From the NCBI RefSeq assembly GCF_052169735.1, contig NZ_JBQNBW010000004.1:548-64547 (forward strand): a stretch of DNA of 64,000 nucleotides, in the 5' to 3' direction. Below the pieces are notes generated by a model. The model did not search any database. It saw nothing but the letters and a program-made list of their open reading frames with translations, and was not told the DNA's origin. Shown piece after piece: positions 27,794-37,427 of this stretch; the stretch's first letter is position 1, and each line of letters starts with the position of its first letter. The position numbers and the translations under genes are program-made. The DNA comes from Treponema sp. Its GTDB lineage: Bacteria > Spirochaetota > Spirochaetia > Treponematales > Treponemataceae.

Positions 27794-28537
27794 ATGAAAC
27801 AAGGCGTTGTTCTTACAGTCTTTGTTCTGATGTTTACAGTCGTTTGTATTCCATTGGCAGCACAGGATAGCGGTGTCAATTATCAAACGTACATGGTGGA
27901 GACTTTTGATTCTCCTGAATCATCAGAGATAACATGGAATGGTATTGGAAGTAAGTTTATTACTGAAGGTTATCCTATTTTAAAGTATTTTGACGGAATG
28001 CCGAATGCTTTACGGGTTATGCAATCCGATGCTGAACAAGAATACAAATTCTTAGGCGTACAATTCAAATTTAACCGCAAGGGTGATAACTGGGTTGATA
28101 TTTATCCTACAAAAGGATCGGGCGAGGGTGATAACGCAGCTCCTTACGAAATTCCCTTTAAGGGCATTGTCCAGAGATTAGATCTGTGGGTTTGGGGTGT
28201 AGGCTATGCTTATGATCTCGAAATTTTAGTGCGTGACTGCAATGGACGTATTCATACATTGCCGGTGGCTACACTGAATTATTACGGCTGGAGGAATCTT
28301 GCCGTTACTGTTCCGAGCAATATCCAGCAAAGATCCCGGTATCTTTCTCAGACTAAGAATATGAGCTTTGTTGCATTTAGAATTCGTACTCAGCCCACTG
28401 AAAATGTTGATGACTTCTATATTTTCTTTGATGAATTTAAAGCATTAACAAATACCCGCATGGCTTCTTACGACGGCTTCGAGTTGGAAAAAGCTCAGTT
28501 TGCTGATACCGATTCAAATAAGGAGGGCGGAAAATAA
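27794..28537 (+). CDS. FlaA-family flagellar filament outer-layer (sheath) protein homolog
   Basis: Signal peptide ending LAA/QD. LDLWVWGVGYAYDLEILVRDCNGRIHTLPVATLNYYGWRNLAVTVP matches the FlaA-family pattern as I recall it. Confidence 0.7.
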   Translation: MKQGVVLTVFVLMFTVVCIPLAAQDSGVNYQTYMVETFDSPESSEITWNGIGSKFITEGYPILKYFDGMPNALRVMQSDAEQEYKFLGVQFKFNRKGDNWVDIYPTKGSGEGDNAAPYEIPFKGIVQRLDLWVWGVGYAYDLEILVRDCNGRIHTLPVATLNYYGWRNLAVTVPSNIQQRSRYLSQTKNMSFVAFRIRTQPTENVDDFYIFFDEFKALTNTRMASYDGFELEKAQFADTDSNKEGGK

Positions 28538-29286
28538 TGACAAAAAGATATTTTACCGTATTAGTACTGTTATCGGCTCTGTCGCTGTGTGCATTTGCAC
28601 AAGACAATAGCGGTAATGCGCGAGATGCTTCATCTCTTGATCAAGCGGATCCTTCGCTCATCGGTATTGAATCTGCCGAACAGCGCTTAAAGGAAGTTTC
28701 GGTTGATAAGTTTGAAAATGAAGGTTCATGGGTTTGCTCTATGTCTTCTGATGAAGGTATTATCCAAGGGCGTTTGTTCGAGGGCGCTCCCAAGCAAAAG
28801 CAGCCGATTCCGGAAGAAGAAGGGCTTAATCTTCCTGATAATAAGGTGTACGGAGCAAAGATTTCGTACTATCGCCGCGGGTATAACAGTTTCGAGATAT
28901 ATGCCGTAAAGCCGATTCCGGTTGAAGGTATTACCAAGACGGTAAGTGTATGGGTTGTTGGAAGAAGCTATCCGCATGTTTTGAAGCTCATCCTTGAAGA
29001 CTACATGGGAAAGCGCTTCGAACTCTATGTTGGTAAACTTAACCATGCCGGCTGGAAGTTAATGACTGTTGCGGTTCCTCCGCAGAATGCAGCAGGTACA
29101 GGTATTGTTCAGAAAGATTACCACTATGGTACCAGCATGGGATTAAAAGTCGTTGGTTTCCGGATTGAGTGCAATCCGTGGGAAGCTTATGGCAACTACT
29201 ACATTTACTTCGATGACCTCCGCGCTGTTACAGACCTTTATGAAGTCGATCTGCGTGATGAAGATGATATGAAGGATACATGGTAG
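28537..29286 (+). CDS. FlaA-family flagellar filament outer-layer protein homolog (paralog)
   Basis: Signal peptide AFA/QD. VSVWVVGRSYPHVLKLILEDYMGKRFELYVGKLNHAGWKLMTVAVPP. Shares a TAATG stop/start overlap with the upstream paralog. Confidence 0.7.
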   Translation: MTKRYFTVLVLLSALSLCAFAQDNSGNARDASSLDQADPSLIGIESAEQRLKEVSVDKFENEGSWVCSMSSDEGIIQGRLFEGAPKQKQPIPEEEGLNLPDNKVYGAKISYYRRGYNSFEIYAVKPIPVEGITKTVSVWVVGRSYPHVLKLILEDYMGKRFELYVGKLNHAGWKLMTVAVPPQNAAGTGIVQKDYHYGTSMGLKVVGFRIECNPWEAYGNYYIYFDDLRAVTDLYEVDLRDEDDMKDTW

Positions 29287-29295
29287 GATTAGCAT

Positions 29296-29339
29296 ACCTC
29301 TAAGAGTGATAGACTCTTGGAGGTGATCCCTCGTTTTTT
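29296..29339 (+). terminator. Rho-independent-like terminator after the FlaA-like pair
   Basis: 12-bp stem ACCTCTAAGAGT/ACTCTTGGAGGT with loop GATAG, followed 9 nt later by a T6 run. Confidence 0.5.
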
Positions 29340-29432
29340 AATGCGTGATATTCTTTTCAGCAGCTTTCCTATAACTTTTTGCTCTGTGATGTGCTGCTGG
29401 GAAGGAGGGCGAAAACCGGTGCTTGGTATGTG

Positions 29433-30101
29433 CTAAGTACCGGTTTTTTTATATACATTGTACTGTCCTGCCTTCTTGCAAAACATAATTTTCCCGCTTT
29501 TTTTTAAAAATGATATAACGTATGAGGTATGTGCTCCGGCACCGAGTTTTTTTACATCGGTACTAACACAGAGTTCCGGTAATTTATTGAGTATGTCTTG
29601 TGTAAAACTGTTGACTCCATGCAGTATTTCTTCCCGGTTGATTTTCAACAGCTTTTTATCAATGATTCGTGCGTTTTTATATCTGCTTCGGCCCTGTTTA
29701 TCATCAATTTTAATAATATCGCAGTCCATGTATACAATCCGCACACGCAGGTGTGGATGATCGAGCAAGGGAAGAATTCCCGATAGCTCACGAAAAATTT
29801 GGTAAAACGAGCCGTGTTTGGGACTTTTGCGGTAGCTGCGCTGGGTGCCGTCGGCATTGAGCATAATGATAAAGGCGTTTTCGATGACCGGATATACTAC
29901 GGTGATGGGATAGAGCGGTAAAAGTGTTTCCAGCTTATGCTTGAGAGCGGTCAATTTGGAAGTTTGAATTTCTGTAATGCGCCCGTCTTCAAAAATATCG
30001 CAGATAAAGCCGTGTAGAGGTTTTTCTTGTTCTGCGCCTTCGTCGCTGTAAAGATTTTTTAATGTTCTATGCAGATGTGTTTCATTATAGGTGTTGATCA
30101 T
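29433..30101 (-). CDS. Hypothetical protein with a possible PD-(D/E)xK (CoiA-like) nuclease core and a C-terminal winged-helix-like region
   Basis: ETHLHRTLK...GFICDIFEDGRITEIQTSKL fits an E...D...EIQ.S nuclease-fold pattern. No other motif recognised. Confidence 0.45.
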   Translation of the reverse strand: MINTYNETHLHRTLKNLYSDEGAEQEKPLHGFICDIFEDGRITEIQTSKLTALKHKLETLLPLYPITVVYPVIENAFIIMLNADGTQRSYRKSPKHGSFYQIFRELSGILPLLDHPHLRVRIVYMDCDIIKIDDKQGRSRYKNARIIDKKLLKINREEILHGVNSFTQDILNKLPELCVSTDVKKLGAGAHTSYVISFLKKSGKIMFCKKAGQYNVYKKTGT

Positions 30102-30394
30102 GACAGATAGGCACGTAATTCATCTGCAGACAGCTGCTCCATGATATAGTAGGTTGTAACAATCCCTCTGTCTTCGCGGGTGCGTTTACCGCATACTTGA
30201 TAGACTATCATTTTGTTGGTTGGAAGCGGCGGATATAATGGCTGTCCATTAATGTCATACAGGGAACCGATAGGCATTGTGCCGGAAATTTCTTGTCTGT
30301 CTCCATCGGGAAAGATCATGTAATATTCATAGAGCGTCATAGTGTATCGAGTATAGTGATTTTTATTAAAACCGCAAGTGCTCGTGCTGCACAT
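30098..30394 (-). CDS. Small hypothetical protein, translationally coupled to the downstream gene
   Basis: ATGA stop/start overlap at 30098-30101. The start is uncertain (Met at 30394 or the internal MTLYEYY). No recognisable motif. Confidence 0.4.
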   Translation of the reverse strand: MCSTSTCGFNKNHYTRYTMTLYEYYMIFPDGDRQEISGTMPIGSLYDINGQPLYPPLPTNKMIVYQVCGKRTREDRGIVTTYYIMEQLSADELRAYLS

Positions 30395-30477
30395 GATTTT
30401 TACAACTTGTAAAAGGTACTGTTTTCAAAACGGTTTATGGCAATTTGCGAATTTATCCTGTAAAAAGTATTTTTTTC

Positions 30478-30506
30478 TTGCTTTTTCTGCTTAGCCGGTA
30501 TACAAT
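30478..30506 (+). promoter_or_regulatory. Candidate sigma70 promoter
   Basis: TTGCTT, 17-nt spacer, TACAAT. About 70 nt upstream of the solute-binding protein start. Confidence 0.5.
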
Positions 30507-30578
30507 TTAATGTTGTTAAATTACTATGGGTGTCTTTGAAAGCTGTACTGCTGAAAGATACCGTATGTTTTGGAGGTA

Positions 30579-31901
30579 ATGATGAAAAAGCTTACAGTAT
30601 TGTTGATGATGTGTGTCGTTGCCGGTTCTGCGCTGTTTGCAATGGGCGGTAAAGAAGATGATAACACACCAATCACCCTTGTTATGTGGACACATGAAGA
30701 TCCCAACCGGCAAAAGTTGGAAGAAGGCTATGCTGCCGAGTATATGGCACAGCATCCGAATGTTACGATTAAGTATTCCGTGTATCCTTCTACAAAGATA
30801 CAAGATTTGATACCGACTGCGTATGCAGCAAAGAATGCACCTTCAATCTGGAATATGGAACTACAGAAGGCATATCCGCTTTTGGCACAGGGCTTGGTTG
30901 CTCCCATTGATCCTGCAGCACTCGGTCTAAAAAGTGATGCTGATATCATTGCTCAGTATATGCCGCACATGCTTGATCCCGTTACAGACAAGGACGGCTC
31001 TCTCTTAGGCAAAAAAGGAAAGGTATACGGCTTACCCTTTGAGCTGCAGAACTGGTGTATTTATCTTAACAAAAAAATCTTCCGGGATGCCGGGCTTGAT
31101 CCTGAAAAAGATTACCCGAAAACATGGGAAGATATGATGGCGGTTTCAGAAAAGATCGTGAAGCGCAACGGTGATATTATTACACGCCGCGGTTTTGATT
31201 TCCGGTATGGCGACTATCTTATCTCGTGGGTTCCGATGGTAAGTCAGCTGGGCGGTGCTGTAGTTTCTGCAGACGGTAAAGAAGCAATCGTGAATACTGC
31301 GGCATGGGAAAAAGCTCTTGAATATATGCAGCAGTGGGGACCGAACGGCAAGAACCTCGGCGCTCCTACCTATACTGCAGCACGTAAGCAGTTTGATAAC
31401 GATAAAAACGAAATAGCCATGCACCTTTCCGGTCTCTATCAGGAAGCACGTATGCTCAAGGCTAATCCCGCTTTTTATAACAGCAATGAGTGGATGATTA
31501 TTCCGTATCCGGTATTCAAAGGCGGAAAAAACCTTTCAAACTGCTATTACTTCCAGTACTACATGGTCAATTCTCAGATACCTGAACGTGAACAGCGGGA
31601 AGCATGGCGCTTTGTTGCATTTATGCTGAGCCATCCTACTCAATATCTGGAAAAAATTGCCTTAATTGCTCCGAAAAAAGAATTGGTTGAAAGCGAACAG
31701 TTCAAAAAAATACCCTATAGCAATGTCTTTATCGAGGACTTAAAACGTGCTGAACCGGTATATTTTGGTGCTGCAAGCTGGCAGATCAATGAGTTAATTA
31801 AAGAAGCCATCGAAAATGTTATGATGAATAACGTTTCTCCCAAAGATGCTGTTGCAAAGCTCAAGAAAAGCGCACAATCACTCTTAGACGAGCAAATGTA
31901 A
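30579..31901 (+). CDS. ABC transporter extracellular solute-binding protein (family 1, sugar type)
   Basis: Signal peptide MMKKLTVLLMMCVVAGSALFA and family-1 SBP-like length and pattern. Followed by two permease genes. I chose the ATG after GGAGG. Confidence 0.85.
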   Translation: MMKKLTVLLMMCVVAGSALFAMGGKEDDNTPITLVMWTHEDPNRQKLEEGYAAEYMAQHPNVTIKYSVYPSTKIQDLIPTAYAAKNAPSIWNMELQKAYPLLAQGLVAPIDPAALGLKSDADIIAQYMPHMLDPVTDKDGSLLGKKGKVYGLPFELQNWCIYLNKKIFRDAGLDPEKDYPKTWEDMMAVSEKIVKRNGDIITRRGFDFRYGDYLISWVPMVSQLGGAVVSADGKEAIVNTAAWEKALEYMQQWGPNGKNLGAPTYTAARKQFDNDKNEIAMHLSGLYQEARMLKANPAFYNSNEWMIIPYPVFKGGKNLSNCYYFQYYMVNSQIPEREQREAWRFVAFMLSHPTQYLEKIALIAPKKELVESEQFKKIPYSNVFIEDLKRAEPVYFGAASWQINELIKEAIENVMMNNVSPKDAVAKLKKSAQSLLDEQM

Positions 31902-31913
31902 GAAGAAATTACA

Positions 31914-32011
31914 GGCAATCTCTAAAAACTGCCAGCCTATCGGTTTGTTCTGTAAAGAACTCGTGTATCATATCCTCTAAAGCGGATTGCACATCAGTTT
32001 TTAGAGATACC
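31914..32011. repeat. REP-like element between the SBP and permease genes
   Basis: GGCAATCTCTAAAAACT...ATCCTCTAAAGC...CAGTTTTTAGAGATACC. Confidence 0.55.
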
Positions 32012-32155
32012 TGACGGTATCTTGAAAGGGGGCGGTTTAATCATTTTTAGGCTTGATAGTTCTGAGAGATACCGAGTACGTGGCATGGATGGTGAAGGTT
32101 ATTCTATTTTTATCCGTGCCGGTGCTGCAAACACAGCTTATTTTGAGGAGATAGT

Positions 32156-33055
32156 ATGGCTCAAAGAAGTCTTGAAAAAAAAATCGTAGTATGGGCATGG
32201 CTGTTTGTAACACCGGCACTGCTGTTTTTTACGTTATTTTCGTTTTATCCTATTGTGAATGCTTTTTATTTAAGTTTTTGCAATAAAAATATGATATCGC
32301 TCAAACCTCCGGTATTCGTCGGTTTTGCCAATTATGTTAAAATCTTTGCATCTCCTGATTTTTGGAATTCAGTGCGGGCAACCATTGTGTTCACGCTTGG
32401 TACCTTTATTCCGCTTGTTATCGGCAGTTTAGTGCTTGCTGCATTCTTAACATTCCGCCCTGCCGGTTCACGGGTATTACAGCTCATCTATTATTCACCG
32501 GCTGTGTTATCATCAGTTGTTGCAGCCTTGATCTGGAAGCTGATATTTGAACCGCGCGGTATTGCAAATCAACTAGCCAATGTTATCATTATGAGTTCCG
32601 GTGTTGATTTTAAGTGGCTCAGTAATGGAGTGATGCTGCAAATTTCTACCATGATTGTCTATTTTTGGAAGTATATTGGCTATTTTACTGTTTTGTTTTT
32701 AACCGGCTTGGGGAAAATCCCGCGCGGTATCTATGAAGCAGCTTTAATTGACGGGGCAAGCCGCGGGCAAACTTTTTTCCGTATTACCGTACCGCTTTTA
32801 AAACCTACTACGGTGCTGGTATCTATTATGGCGATGCTGCAATGCCTCAAAACATTTTCAACGCAGTACTTATTTACGCAGGCAGGATCCCCCTTGGCGC
32901 CGATCAATGTCATCACGCTGAATATTTATAATACGGCAATGCGTAATTACAATGTCGGCAGGGCGAGTGTTATGAGTGTTCTGCTTTTCCTCTTTATGCT
33001 CATTCTGACGATTATCCAGCTGCGTTTTTCACGCTCCGAAGACGTTTCGTATTAG
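32156..33055 (+). CDS. Carbohydrate ABC transporter permease
   Basis: EAA loop EAALIDGASRGQTFFRITVPLL. GAGGAG RBS. Confidence 0.9.
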   Translation: MAQRSLEKKIVVWAWLFVTPALLFFTLFSFYPIVNAFYLSFCNKNMISLKPPVFVGFANYVKIFASPDFWNSVRATIVFTLGTFIPLVIGSLVLAAFLTFRPAGSRVLQLIYYSPAVLSSVVAALIWKLIFEPRGIANQLANVIIMSSGVDFKWLSNGVMLQISTMIVYFWKYIGYFTVLFLTGLGKIPRGIYEAALIDGASRGQTFFRITVPLLKPTTVLVSIMAMLQCLKTFSTQYLFTQAGSPLAPINVITLNIYNTAMRNYNVGRASVMSVLLFLFMLILTIIQLRFSRSEDVSY

Positions 33056-33071
33056 TGTTAGGGAGTATACT

Positions 33072-33968
33072 GTGCAATTCCTTGTTATTTTGAGTATTAT
33101 ATTTGTATTATATATTGTATTGATGATAGTCCTGCCCGAACGCGGAAAAAATATACTGATGACGCTTTTTTTAATTGTCAGTGCTGTTGTTGTTCTTACT
33201 CCGCTTTTATTTATGTTTACCGCAGCTTTTATGCCTGCTGCAGAGATAACCAGTATTCCGTATCGGTGGATACCGGAGAAAATACAGTGGTCTAACTTTT
33301 ACCGTGCCCTTGCCGGGAATGATGGAAATTTTGTTTTTCTCCGCAATACGCTCAATTCGCTCATTGTGTCTTCGATTATCACGGGTACAACGCTCATCCT
33401 CTCGTGTATTACCGGCTATGCCTTAGCGAAGTTCCATTTTAGAGGGCGGAATACCGTCTTTTTATTCATTATGATGACCATGATGATCCCTTTTGAGACT
33501 ATCATGGTGCCGCTCTATATGGTTGTTTTGAATCTCAATCTTCAGAATACATACGGCGGATTGATTATCCCTTTTATGATGAATGCATTCGGGGTTTTTA
33601 TGATGCGCCAGTATCTATTGACATTCCCCGACGATGTTATTGCTGCTGCCCGTATTGACGGCTGTAGCGAGCCGGGTATTTTTTCCCGCATTGTGTTCGT
33701 TAATTCCGGTCCTGCATTGGCAACGCTTGCTATTTTAACATTCCGGCAGCAGTGGGATAACCTCATGTGGCCCTTGATGGTAGCACAGGATCAGCGGCTT
33801 AAAACAATTCCGACCTATATTGTGAGCTTTGCCGAAGAAAAATTTGCGGATGAAGGCGCGATGATGGCAGTTGCCTTACTGGCAAGTTTACCGATGGTGA
33901 TTATGTTTTTAAGCTTATCTAAATACTTCCTCGGCGGTAGCGCTATGTATTCAGCGGGAAAGGAATAA
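33072..33968 (+). CDS. Carbohydrate ABC transporter permease
   Basis: EAA-like AAARIDGCSEPGIFSRIVF. The start codon is uncertain. Confidence 0.9.
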   Translation: MQFLVILSIIFVLYIVLMIVLPERGKNILMTLFLIVSAVVVLTPLLFMFTAAFMPAAEITSIPYRWIPEKIQWSNFYRALAGNDGNFVFLRNTLNSLIVSSIITGTTLILSCITGYALAKFHFRGRNTVFLFIMMTMMIPFETIMVPLYMVVLNLNLQNTYGGLIIPFMMNAFGVFMMRQYLLTFPDDVIAAARIDGCSEPGIFSRIVFVNSGPALATLAILTFRQQWDNLMWPLMVAQDQRLKTIPTYIVSFAEEKFADEGAMMAVALLASLPMVIMFLSLSKYFLGGSAMYSAGKE

Positions 33969-34013
33969 TGATTATACCCTTGACATAAACTGCAATATTT
34001 TAGATGATGCAAT

Positions 34014-34664
34014 ATGGGTGATGTGGTGAAATTTACAAAATCGTATTTACAAACACTATCAACTCAAGCGCTGTTTAGGCTTGCAGACCGGTATGGGCTG
34101 TTTTTATCTGATGATTTAGCCCGCCATCTGTTGATCGGAGAATTGCTTGAACTTGAAGATGAGATGAGTACCGATGAAGAGGTGTTGGAAGTGTCTGCTG
34201 CCGTACAGCAAAAGAATGCCGTATGCAGCTATAATATGACGGAGATACGGGCAGTATTAAAAGATCCTTTGTGGTTTTTTGTGTTTTGGGATTTTCATAA
34301 GCGCTTATTTACAGAATTAACAACCTCAAAGGGATTTGAATCTTTTGTATTGAGGGTGCATTCGCTTGATTCTGAGACATTAACATCAGTGGATTTTTTT
34401 GATGTGCAAGTTCCGCTTGCAGATAGGAGCCGGTATGTGCATGTTTCATTTGATGAATGTCTCCATCAAGTTGAACTTATTGCCCGATTCTCGGATGGAC
34501 ATGATCAGCATTTGGCTCAATCAAATACCGTTAAGATGCAGCGGAAGAATATCCTTCAGAAGCTTTGCGTCTCGCAAAATACGGTAAATAAAATAATCAG
34601 TTTGTCAGGCTTGCCGACTTTAAAAAAATCTCATTTTCAGCATTATCGGCAAGCCTTTCGATAA
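34014..34664 (+). CDS. DUF4912-like protein (Rho_N-like N-terminus)
   Basis: The LSTQALFRLADRYGL N-terminal motif and the position directly upstream of a GH57 gene are typical of DUF4912, from memory. Confidence 0.55.
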   Translation: MGDVVKFTKSYLQTLSTQALFRLADRYGLFLSDDLARHLLIGELLELEDEMSTDEEVLEVSAAVQQKNAVCSYNMTEIRAVLKDPLWFFVFWDFHKRLFTELTTSKGFESFVLRVHSLDSETLTSVDFFDVQVPLADRSRYVHVSFDECLHQVELIARFSDGHDQHLAQSNTVKMQRKNILQKLCVSQNTVNKIISLSGLPTLKKSHFQHYRQAFR

Positions 34665-34736
34665 ATAGATGCAGCCCTTGTTAAGTGATTGCATACGGTT
34701 TCTCTCACATTACATGTACTCTATTCGAGGTACCCG

Positions 34737-36302
34737 ATGATTAAAAAAAACATGCTTTTCGTTTTTTATGCCCATGTCCCCTATGTTCCTCATAGAGATA
34801 CTGTCAGCGATATTGCTGCCGCTCCGTTTTATGATTTGCTTTCTTATAGTTTATTGCCGTTTTTGCGGATGTGCGATCGGCTAGATACTGAATGTATTCC
34901 TTTTAAATGCGTACTTGTTATATCTCCGCTTGTATGTGAAATGTTGAAATCTTCTTTTTGCTGCGATCAATATGTAGCGTATATAGACCGTCATATTGCC
35001 TTTGCGCAAGAAAAGCTTACACAAGACCTCTCTCCCGCGCAAAAAGAACTGACAATATTACATCGTGATAGGTTGCTGCGTAACCGCGATGATTTTATCG
35101 GCTTATATCAAAAAGATATTTTAAAACAAATCAATAAGTTTGCGGCAAAACAGAAGTTTGAACTGATGGCAACATCAGCTACTCCCTGTTTTTTTCCTTT
35201 TTATCAGGATATGCCGGAGTCTCTAGCTGCTCAGATGGAGTTTGGTTTGAGCAGTTTTCGGGAGACTTTCGAAATGGTTCCGGCAGGTTTTTGGTTTCCG
35301 GCAATGGGCTACAGCGCTGGGTTGGATCGTCTTGTCAAATCTTATGGAATCGATTATACGATTCTTGAAAGTCAAAGTTTCTTATTTGCGGATCATCCTC
35401 CTGCGCGGGGAGTATTTTCTGCAGCGGTTACGGAAAGCGGTCTAAGTGTGTTGGGTAAGGATACCGGAGCCTGTGCTGATGTAGAACAAGCTGTAGGCGG
35501 CTTTTATACCAACCCTCATTATCTTGATACGGCAAGAGATATTGGTTTTGAGCTTGATGAACAGGGCTTATCAGCCTTATTTAATGTTGAGCAAGGCCGC
35601 CGTGCTACCGGTTTCTGTTATTGCAGCAGGAATGGCGAAAAATATGATGTCTCAGTAGGAAAAGCACAGGCAGAACGCGATGCAGAACGGTTTATTGCAA
35701 ATCGTTCTGCGGTGTTGGAAGAAGCTGCTTCTTTCCTGGACGGAGAATCTCTTTGCTCTGTATGTATTCTTCCACTTACTTTTTTTGGTAAGATATGGTT
35801 TGAAGGGATGTACTGGCTTGAATCGGTCTTGAGAAAGATTGCAGCTATGCAGGACATGGAGTGTACTTTACCGACGGAGTACCTAAAAAAGGTGCGGCGT
35901 ATACAGAGTATTGAACCGTTTTATGCTTCGCATTTACCGAGCGGCTATGCTGATGAGCTGCTCAATAGTGCTAATGACTGGATGTTTCCCTGTATACAAA
36001 AGGCGGTGGAGCGGATGATCGATCTTGCCGAACGTTTCCCGAATGATCAGGGGCTTAAAGAGCGGACTCTGAATATGGCTGCAAAAGAAGTGCTGCTTGC
36101 TCAGTCGATGGATTGGCCGCTTATGGTTGATGCGCAGATTTCACCGGAATATGCTGCAGAACAATACCGCGACCATATTGCTGCTTTCACCGCAGTATAT
36201 GAATCTTTGGGAGCCGGTTCGATCGGTACTGAACAGCTTATCAAACGTGAAAAAGAGTATCCGATATTTAAAGAAATGAATTATCGATTCTTTGCAAAAT
36301 AA
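34737..36302 (+). CDS. GH57-family 1,4-alpha-glucan branching enzyme (DUF1957-containing)
   Basis: FVFYAHVPYVPH N-terminal motif and length fit. ATG at 34737 after GAGG. Confidence 0.8.
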   Translation: MIKKNMLFVFYAHVPYVPHRDTVSDIAAAPFYDLLSYSLLPFLRMCDRLDTECIPFKCVLVISPLVCEMLKSSFCCDQYVAYIDRHIAFAQEKLTQDLSPAQKELTILHRDRLLRNRDDFIGLYQKDILKQINKFAAKQKFELMATSATPCFFPFYQDMPESLAAQMEFGLSSFRETFEMVPAGFWFPAMGYSAGLDRLVKSYGIDYTILESQSFLFADHPPARGVFSAAVTESGLSVLGKDTGACADVEQAVGGFYTNPHYLDTARDIGFELDEQGLSALFNVEQGRRATGFCYCSRNGEKYDVSVGKAQAERDAERFIANRSAVLEEAASFLDGESLCSVCILPLTFFGKIWFEGMYWLESVLRKIAAMQDMECTLPTEYLKKVRRIQSIEPFYASHLPSGYADELLNSANDWMFPCIQKAVERMIDLAERFPNDQGLKERTLNMAAKEVLLAQSMDWPLMVDAQISPEYAAEQYRDHIAAFTAVYESLGAGSIGTEQLIKREKEYPIFKEMNYRFFAK

Positions 36303-36344
36303 ATAGAAGCTGCAGAACCAAATGTCTGAACAGTTTCATAAAAA

Positions 36345-36440
36345 TGGCAACTTTTACAGATTGTATATACGCTATAGCGTACCAATACAACAGTTTCCAA
36401 AGTTGACACTTTGTTCTGTTGTTCAATTTTAAGGAAGGAG
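36345..36440 (+). promoter_or_regulatory. Leader-like structured element, copy B, directly upstream of gpmA
   Basis: ACAGATTGTATA, hairpin TACGC-TATA-GCGTA, stem ACAACAG...CTGTTGT, ending TTTTAAGGAAGGAG 7 nt before the gpmA ATG. Confidence 0.55.
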
Positions 36441-36446
36441 TAATAT

Positions 36447-37190
36447 ATGAAATTAGTGCTGATACGGCATGGAGAAAGTGAATGGAATAAATTGAATCTA
36501 TTCACAGGATGGACTGATGTAGAGCTGTCTGAGAAAGGCGTTGAGGAAGCAAAGGAAGGCGGAAAGGCACTTGCTGCTGCCGGTTTTGATTTTGATATTT
36601 GCTATACCTCTTATTTGAAGCGTGCTATTCATACACTGCAGTTTGTGTTGGATGAGCTTGACCGCAACTGGTTGCCGGTGGTAAAGACTTGGAAATTAAA
36701 TGAACGGCACTACGGTGATCTGCAGGGGTTGAATAAGGCTGAAACAGCTGAAAAATATGGTGAAGCTCAGGTAAAAATTTGGCGGCGTTCTTTTGATATT
36801 GCACCGCCGGTACTCGCCGAAAACGATACGCGCTGTCCGTATTTGCAGACACCGTACCGCGGAGTTGATAAGGCTGAACTTCCCCGTACCGAAAGCTTGA
36901 AAGATACTATTGCCCGGGCAATTCCGTATTTTGAAGGTGTTATTAAAAAAGATATGCTGGCTGGTAAACGGGTGTTAATCGCTGCACATGGTAATTCCCT
37001 TCGTGCATTGATAAAATATTTTGAACAGCTCAGCGATGAAGAAATTATTCAGGTTAATCTGCCGACCGGTGTACCGTTGGTGTATGAATTTGATGAAAAC
37101 TTTAAAGTATTGAGCAAAGCCTATTTAGGTGATCAAGAAAAGATCAATGCCAAAATCAATGCCGTTGCAAATCAAGGAAAAGCAAAATAA
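36447..37190 (+). CDS. gpmA: 2,3-bisphosphoglycerate-dependent phosphoglycerate mutase
   Basis: [10 protein letters not shown] catalytic His motif. AHGNSLRAL. Confidence 0.95.
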   Translation: MKLVLIRHGESEWNKLNLFTGWTDVELSEKGVEEAKEGGKALAAAGFDFDICYTSYLKRAIHTLQFVLDELDRNWLPVVKTWKLNERHYGDLQGLNKAETAEKYGEAQVKIWRRSFDIAPPVLAENDTRCPYLQTPYRGVDKAELPRTESLKDTIARAIPYFEGVIKKDMLAGKRVLIAAHGNSLRALIKYFEQLSDEEIIQVNLPTGVPLVYEFDENFKVLSKAYLGDQEKINAKINAVANQGKAK

Positions 37191-37205
37191 CAGATGCAGT
37201 GGTTG

Positions 37206-37232
37206 ATCCTCCGGTGCTTTGCGTCGGAGGAT
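37206..37232. terminator. Hairpin between convergent gpmA and the ZinT-like gene
   Basis: ATCCTCCG / CGGAGGAT forms an 8-bp stem with an 11-nt loop. No clear T tract. Confidence 0.35.
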
Positions 37233-37427
37233 AGTGCCTCCATGAGATGGTGGCAGTCAGCTTTTAATATTTACATAATTATGGCTTCAAAGTGCCGGAG
37301 TATGCAATTCTCCGCATGAATAAAAAAGACCGGTCCTTCAAGCAAAAATGGGTCGCGTACTTCGCATAAATTATTTTTAGGAGATATGCTATCGGACCGG
37401 TCAAAATTTCTTCACGAGTAGAGTATA

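Noticed and set aside
32175-32183. Homopolymer tracts near gene 5' ends (A9 at 32175-32183 in the permease gene, A8 at 34743-34750 in the GH57 gene) as possible slippage switches
   Set aside because: Both genes are intact and in frame. The tracts encode Lys-rich N-termini, which is common. Nothing in the sequence indicates variation.
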